Shown: positions 58,941-64,000 of the stretch, in pieces
Layout of the letters: every line of letters begins with the position of its first letter
How positions within the stretch are numbered: the stretch's first letter is position 1
DNA from: an uncultured Holophagales bacterium
GTDB lineage: Bacteria; Acidobacteriota; Thermoanaerobaculia; Multivoradales; UBA5704
Reading direction: 5' to 3'
NCBI GenBank assembly: GCA_963842525.1
Contig: CAWJGT010000007.1
Span: 32,001-96,000 of the forward strand
Length of the DNA stretch: 64,000 nt
Position numbers and translations under genes: made by a program
Notes under the pieces: generated by a model
The model's database searches: none
What the model saw: only the letters and a program-made list of their open reading frames with translations
What the model was told of the DNA's origin: nothing

Positions 58941-60413
58941 ATGCCGAAGATCCTGCCGCCGCTGTGCACCGCAGTCAACAATCTGCGCCAGACCCTGGGC
59001 TGGACTGAGGCCGAGTTGGGGGAGAGGGTGGGCGTGCGCCCGAACGTGATCTCGGACTACGTGCGGGACCAGCGGGAGCTCGATCGGCGAAAGGCCGAGG
59101 AGTTGATCGCGGCCATGGGGCTAGGCCCAGAGACTCTCGACGAGGAGTTGCGCGTGATTGAAGCGGCCCGGCGGAAGGCGAGAACGCCCGTGTACCCGAT
59201 GGCTCCCGCTGGCGCCGATGCGGAACGCGGGCGCCTCGAAACGTTCGTGCAGAGGCTTTCCTATCTCGTGACTGAGGCCGCACGGCCGGCCGCAGCTCTG
59301 TTCTCGGTAGAGCTGCGAGCCACTGTGGACGAACAGAATGCCTGGACGCAACTTCAGCGGCTTCGGCGCCTGCCCCAGGCCGACCGTTTGAAGCTGGTCC
59401 GCAAATCCCGGGAGTACCGCAATTGGGCTCTCTGCAAGGCGGCCTGCGCTGAGAGCCTGCGGGTTGCGCCGCGCAGCGCGCAGGAGGCGCTGGATTGGGC
59501 ATCGCTGGCCGTCGACATCGCCGACCGGCTGCCTTGCGAAGAACTGTTCCGCCAGCGGATGCAGGGTCTCGCGCGTCTCCACCTGGCGAATGCCCAACGG
59601 GTGGCCGGCCAGCAGAGGACGGCCAAAGACACCCTTGCCCAAGCCCTAGTGCTGTGGAAGAACGGTGCCCCGGCCGATCCGGGTCTGCTCGACGAGGCCC
59701 AGGCGCTCAGCCTCGAAGCCTCTCTGCATATTGACCAGAGACGCCCCGCCGAGGCCCTGAATCGGCTCGACCGGGCTCTCGCGGTCGATCGCGGCGGCCT
59801 CAGGGCGCAACTCTTATCAAACCGGGCCTGCGCCTTGGAGCAACTCGGCGACTACGAGGGCGCCGTCGCGACCCTTCGCGAGGCGATCCCCCTGGTGGTG
59901 TCCACGGAACGGCGGATGCAGTGCGTCGTCCGCTTCAATCTCCTCGCGAACCTTTGTCACCTCCGGAGGTTCGACGAGGCGCCGCCGCTGCTGAACGAGG
60001 TCCGGGCTCTCGCCATTGAACTGGGCAACGATCTGGATCACCTGAGGACCCGCTGGCTCGCGGGGTGGGTGGAGGCCGGGCAAGGGCGAAGGGAGGAGGC
60101 GATTGCGATTCTGGAGAAGGTGCGGGACGACTTTACGGCTCGGAGGAATGCCTACGACACCGCCCTGGTGACCCTGGAGCTTGCCGCTCTGTATCAGGAG
60201 GAGGGCCGGATTGCCGAGGTCAAGGAGCTGGCCATTCGCCTTGCTTGGATCTTCAACGCCGAAGGAATCGAGCGGGAGGCCCTGGCGGCTCTGCGGCTCT
60301 TCTGCGAGGCAGCCCGGGAGGAGACGCTCACGGTAGCCCTGGTCCGCGAGCTTGCCGATTACCTCTACAAGGCGCAGCACGATCCTGAGCTGCACTTTGA
60401 GGGCGCGCGGTGA
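58941..60413 (+). CDS. XRE-HTH plus TPR-repeat protein (RRNPP-like architecture), paralog 1
   Basis: RBS AGGAGG; LRQTLGWTEAELGERVGV..NVISDY; helical repeats LGDYEGAVATLREA, YDTALVTLELA. Confidence 0.85.
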   Translation: MPKILPPLCTAVNNLRQTLGWTEAELGERVGVRPNVISDYVRDQRELDRRKAEELIAAMGLGPETLDEELRVIEAARRKARTPVYPMAPAGADAERGRLETFVQRLSYLVTEAARPAAALFSVELRATVDEQNAWTQLQRLRRLPQADRLKLVRKSREYRNWALCKAACAESLRVAPRSAQEALDWASLAVDIADRLPCEELFRQRMQGLARLHLANAQRVAGQQRTAKDTLAQALVLWKNGAPADPGLLDEAQALSLEASLHIDQRRPAEALNRLDRALAVDRGGLRAQLLSNRACALEQLGDYEGAVATLREAIPLVVSTERRMQCVVRFNLLANLCHLRRFDEAPPLLNEVRALAIELGNDLDHLRTRWLAGWVEAGQGRREEAIAILEKVRDDFTARRNAYDTALVTLELAALYQEEGRIAEVKELAIRLAWIFNAEGIEREALAALRLFCEAAREETLTVALVRELADYLYKAQHDPELHFEGAR

Positions 60414-60475
60414 ACCGGCGCTTGCCGGGCCGGGTCCGGCGGAGAACCCGTCCCGGCACCAGATCATGCTCTAGC

Positions 60476-60769
60476 CTAGCTGCCGGGGAGGCACTGCCCG
60501 TTTGGGTCGAGTCTGCAACCAGCATCTGCCTCACTCAACTCGGCCCCGCTGAGACTAAGGCATTGCCCGTTGGGGTCGAAGCGACAACTAGTCTCGCTCC
60601 AGAGAGCGGTCAGCAGACCCCAGAGGCTGGAGAAAAAGCCGGTGGTCGCCGGCTCCGGGGCGACTGGGGACGCGGAGCGGAATCGAGGCTCCCCGGCAAC
60701 AGCCCAGGGTGCCGCCAGGGCGAGAATCAGGACGAAAGCTGCCAGGATTCGGAAGCAGGAATGCGACAT
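60476..60769 (-). CDS. Small secreted protein with two CRxDPNGQC repeats (candidate signalling propeptide)
   Basis: RBS AAAGGAG; signal peptide MSHSCFRILAAFVLILALAAPWAVA; CRFDPNGQCL and CRLDPNGQCL. Confidence 0.85.
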   Translation of the reverse strand: MSHSCFRILAAFVLILALAAPWAVAGEPRFRSASPVAPEPATTGFFSSLWGLLTALWSETSCRFDPNGQCLSLSGAELSEADAGCRLDPNGQCLPGS

Positions 60770-60849
60770 GAGGCTCTCCTTTCATCAAGGCGGCCTGCGC
60801 CGGCTTTCGTGACGGCGCAAGCGCCTCTCTCTGGAGATATGGTGCGCGC

Positions 60850-62388
60850 ATGCGGGGAAAACACCACCGTAGGAAGCAAACCTGTTTGACGGCCGGCGGA
60901 GAAACCGGGCTCCTGGAGAGGATAGCCTGGGCGATGACGATCCGCGACCTCCGCGAGTTGGGCGGTCTGACCCAGGTTGAGCTGGCGGAGAGGTCCGGCG
61001 TTGCCAACAGTCTGCTCTGCCGGTACGAGCAGGGGCAACAGATCCCTTCCCTGCGCAATGTGCAGCGCATCGGCAACGCGGTGAGCGTACCCCTGCCGGT
61101 GATCGAGAATGATCTCCATCCCGCGCACCGCCGGGCGGTTGCCGCGCAGTGGCGCGGCGAGGTCGTGGCCGGGGATCCGGATGCCCTGGTGGAGGCGGTG
61201 CTCGATTCTCTGGCGGCGGTCCTCCGGCCCGAGGTGCGTCGCCTTGTTGACGTTCTGCGGGAGCACGCCGCCGGCTCCTGGGGCGTGAACAGGCCCCCCA
61301 GGGCGGCAGACCGCGCGGGCGCAGAAGAGCTCTGGGCCGAGCTTGAGGCCGCCTCGCCGACGGACCGCCGGCTGCTCCTGGACGAGGCCCGGGAGTTTCG
61401 GACCTGGCCGGTCTGCGAGCTGGCATGCGTCGCAAGCCGGAAGGCAGCGTCGGACAGCGCAGAACGGGCCCTTGAGCTAGCGGAGCTGGCGGTGGAGATC
61501 GCTGGCCGCCTGCCGGGACTGGATCTGTTCCGCCAGCGAATGCAAGGCCTCGCGCGTCTCCACCTAGCGAACGCCCAGCGGGTGGCCGGCCAGCAGAGGA
61601 CGGCCAGGGACACCCTTGCGCAGGCCCTGGTGCTGTGGAAGAACGGCGCCCCGGCCGACCCTGGCTTGCTCGACGAGGCCCAGGCCTTCAGCCTGGAAGC
61701 CTCTCTGTACATTGACCAGAGGCGCCCCGCCGAGGCCCTGGATCGGCTCGACCGGGCTCTCGCGGTCGATCGGGGCGGCCTCAGGGCGCAACTCTTATCA
61801 AACCGGGCCTGCGCCTTGGAGCAGCTCGGCGACTACGAGGGCGCCGTCGCGACCCTCCGCGAGGCGCTCCCCCTGGTGGCGTCTACGGACCGGCGGATGC
61901 AGTGCGTCGTCCGGTTCAATCTCCTCGGGAACCTTTGCCACCTCCGAAAGTTCGACGAGGCGCCGCCGCTGCTGGACGAGGTGCAGGCTCTCGGCGACGA
62001 GTTGGACAAAGACCTGGATCGCCTGAGGACCCGCTGGCTGACAGGGTGGGTGGCGGCCGGGCAGGGGCGGAGGAATGAGGCGATTGCGATTCTGGAGGAG
62101 GTGCGGGACGACTTTACGGCCCGGAAGATCGCCTACGACACTGCCCTGGTAACGTTGGAGCTGGCTGTCCTCTACCAGGAGGAGGGCAGGACTGCCGAAG
62201 TCACGGAGCTGGCCGTCCTTCTTGCCTGGGTCTTCAACGTCGAAGGAGTGGAGCGGGAAACCCTGGCAGCCCTGCGGCTCTTCTGTGAGGCGGCACGGGA
62301 GGAGACGCTCACCGCCGCGCTGACCCGGCAGATCGCCGACTTTATTTTCCGGGCGCAGCATGATCCCGAGCTGAAGTTCGAACGCTGA
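60850..62388 (+). CDS. XRE-HTH plus TPR-repeat protein, paralog 2 (start may be 60886 or 60934)
   Basis: IRDLRELGGLTQVELAERSGV..LLCRYEQG; the C-terminal ~285 aa is highly similar to paralog 1. Confidence 0.85.
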   Translation: MRGKHHRRKQTCLTAGGETGLLERIAWAMTIRDLRELGGLTQVELAERSGVANSLLCRYEQGQQIPSLRNVQRIGNAVSVPLPVIENDLHPAHRRAVAAQWRGEVVAGDPDALVEAVLDSLAAVLRPEVRRLVDVLREHAAGSWGVNRPPRAADRAGAEELWAELEAASPTDRRLLLDEAREFRTWPVCELACVASRKAASDSAERALELAELAVEIAGRLPGLDLFRQRMQGLARLHLANAQRVAGQQRTARDTLAQALVLWKNGAPADPGLLDEAQAFSLEASLYIDQRRPAEALDRLDRALAVDRGGLRAQLLSNRACALEQLGDYEGAVATLREALPLVASTDRRMQCVVRFNLLGNLCHLRKFDEAPPLLDEVQALGDELDKDLDRLRTRWLTGWVAAGQGRRNEAIAILEEVRDDFTARKIAYDTALVTLELAVLYQEEGRTAEVTELAVLLAWVFNVEGVERETLAALRLFCEAAREETLTAALTRQIADFIFRAQHDPELKFER

Positions 62389-62530
62389 GGGGTTACGACT
62401 TTCACATGCGAAAGTTGTTCGGCGTACGACCCTGTTCGGAGGAGAGACTGTTTGAGCCCATTCCTATCTTGAGTGCTGTCCCCATTGCTCTTCCGTAAAC
62501 TTGGGCTCAAAATCGTGAGTTGGCCGTGAG

Positions 62531-62581
62531 AGTCCCTTCGGAGAAGCCCTTCGGAGGAGCGGAGGAGCCCTTCGGAGGAGC
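62531..62581. repeat. Short tandem repeat CCCTTCGGAG(A/G)AGC x3
   Basis: Seen directly in the sequence. Confidence 0.6.
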
Positions 62582-62715
62582 AAGATATGTTTTCGACGCG
62601 CCCGAAAACCGGGCGCAGTCTCAAACGGGCTCACATTGTTCGCCCGAGACTCAAGCATCTGTGTGCCGCGAAATGTGGAACTTTTGCATGCGAAAGTTTC
62701 CCTGCTTCCTTGGAG

Positions 62716-64000
62716 GTATCTGTTTACCGCCCTAGTGCCGCCTTCCCCGAGCGGTGGCACGTCCGCAAGGGCTTGAAGTTCTCTTCTCGGCATGGTCTAA
62801 TGTCTTTCAGGCATGCCGACTTACGAGGAACTCCTTCAAGAGAACTCTGAGCTTCGCCAAGACAACGGTGAGCTTCGCCAGCGGGTGGAGGAGCAGGAGC
62901 GCCAGATTGCGCACCTGAAGCGCCGAATCGTCGATCTGGAGAAACTTGTCGAGGAGCTACGGCGCCGGGGCAAACGCCAGGCTGCCCCCTTCTCGAAGGG
63001 AGATCCGAGCGAGGATCCCAAGTCTCCAGGGCGCAAAGCCGGGGATCAATATGGTCAGCAAGCGACTCGAGCTGTGCCCGATCACGTCGACGAAACCATC
63101 GTGGTGGAGTGCCCGCTGTATTGTGAGCACTGTGGGGGTCAGGTCATTCCGCAGGGCGAAGCTCGCCAGTATCAGACCGATCTGCCGCCGATTCGGCCGG
63201 TGACGACGGAGTTCATCCTCCATTATGGGAAGTGCTCGGCATGTGGCCGGGAAGCTGTGGGGCGTCACCCGCGCCAGACTTCCCAGGCGTTCCGGGTCGG
63301 CAACGTGCAACTCGGTCCAAACGTGTTGGGGCTCGCCGCCTGGCTCAACAAGGTCGGAGGCTTGAGCTACGGCAAGATCGCCGCGTTGCTGAAGGAGCTG
63401 GCTGGACTGTCTGTGTCGCGCTCGGCCCTGTGCCGCGCGCTGCTTCGCATGAGTAAGAAGCTGGAGCCCTTGTACGAGGAGCTGAAGGCGAAGATCCGGA
63501 GCCTCTCCTGTGGTGTACCCGGACGAGACGGGCTGGCGGGAGGGGGGCTATAGCGTGTGGTTGTGGGTGTTCACCAATCGCAGCGAGACGGTCTACAGCA
63601 TCCAGCCGGGTCGTGGCTATGCCGAGGCCTCTGAGGTCCTGGGGGAGGGCTTTGTCGGCGTGCTGGTGGCTGATGGTTGGGCTCCCTATCAGAAATTTGA
63701 AGAAGCGACTCATCAGACCTGTCTGGCGCATCTGTTGCGCCGTTGCGAGGAGCTGCTGGAGAAGGCGACAGGGGGTGCGGTGCGCTTTCCTCGGGCGGTG
63801 AAAGAGATCCTGCAGGCCGCCTTGGAGGCGCGAGATCAGCGGGACGCGGGCAAGCTCAGCGGCGAGGCGCTGGAGAAGGTCAAGCAGGACTTGGAGCTCC
63901 AGATGGAAAGGCGTCTGTCGGGGCAGTTCACGAACCCCGACAACCAGCGTCTGGCTCAGCATTTGATACGTCACCAGGAGCAGCTGTTTGTCTTCCTGGA
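62716..64000 (+). mobile_element. IS66 family element (single-ORF, ISBst12-like); transposase starts at 62813, frameshift ~63505, truncated by the window end
   Basis: Coiled-coil N-terminus, KRQAAPFSK, CxxCGG..QYQTDLP, CSAC; then DETGWR, WLWVF, LVADGW, HQTCLAHLLR. Candidate left IR GTATCTGTTTACC at 62716. Confidence 0.9.

Noticed and set aside
59544-62380. Diversity-generating retroelement template/variable repeat pair
   Set aside because: Differences are not adenine-specific, both copies are full coding genes, and no reverse transcriptase is present.
54444-62715. Prophage
   Set aside because: No integrase, replication, terminase or virion genes are recognisable in the window.
1-64000. tRNA or rRNA genes
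   Set aside because: None recognised by eye; a tRNAscan-SE or Rfam run would be needed to exclude them.

Overview
GC-rich bacterial window. It is most likely from Acidobacteriota (Thermoanaerobaculia-like); this is an inference from the gene families, not a search result. The housekeeping backbone includes an ArcE-like P-loop enzyme with carbamate kinase, an aminotransferase, BlaI/M56-TonB, a PIG-L deacetylase, a CSLREA protein, uvrD, DUF885, HupE/UreJ, an LLM oxidoreductase, glnS and a ~15 kb envelope-glycosylation cluster. Accessory patches interrupt this backbone. They contain many intact, truncated and chimeric toxin-antitoxin genes, lower-GC cassette-like genes with degenerate attC-like sites but no integrase, REP/MITE palindromes, a 19-bp palindromic tandem array, a Kam/NpmA-like 16S methyltransferase and an ADP-ribosyltransferase-like protein. 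A 59-aa double-glycine lanthipeptide-like precursor at 23500-23679 is missing from the ORF track and is followed directly by an attC-like site. The last ~9.5 kb is an island of HTH, zinc-finger and TPR-like genes. Its core is two paralogous HTH-TPR proteins flanking a small secreted protein with two CRxDPNGQC repeats, a candidate RRNPP-like peptide signalling system. An IS66 transposase follows. Many single-base frameshifts in conserved genes suggest long-read sequencing errors, so frameshift-based pseudogene calls are uncertain.
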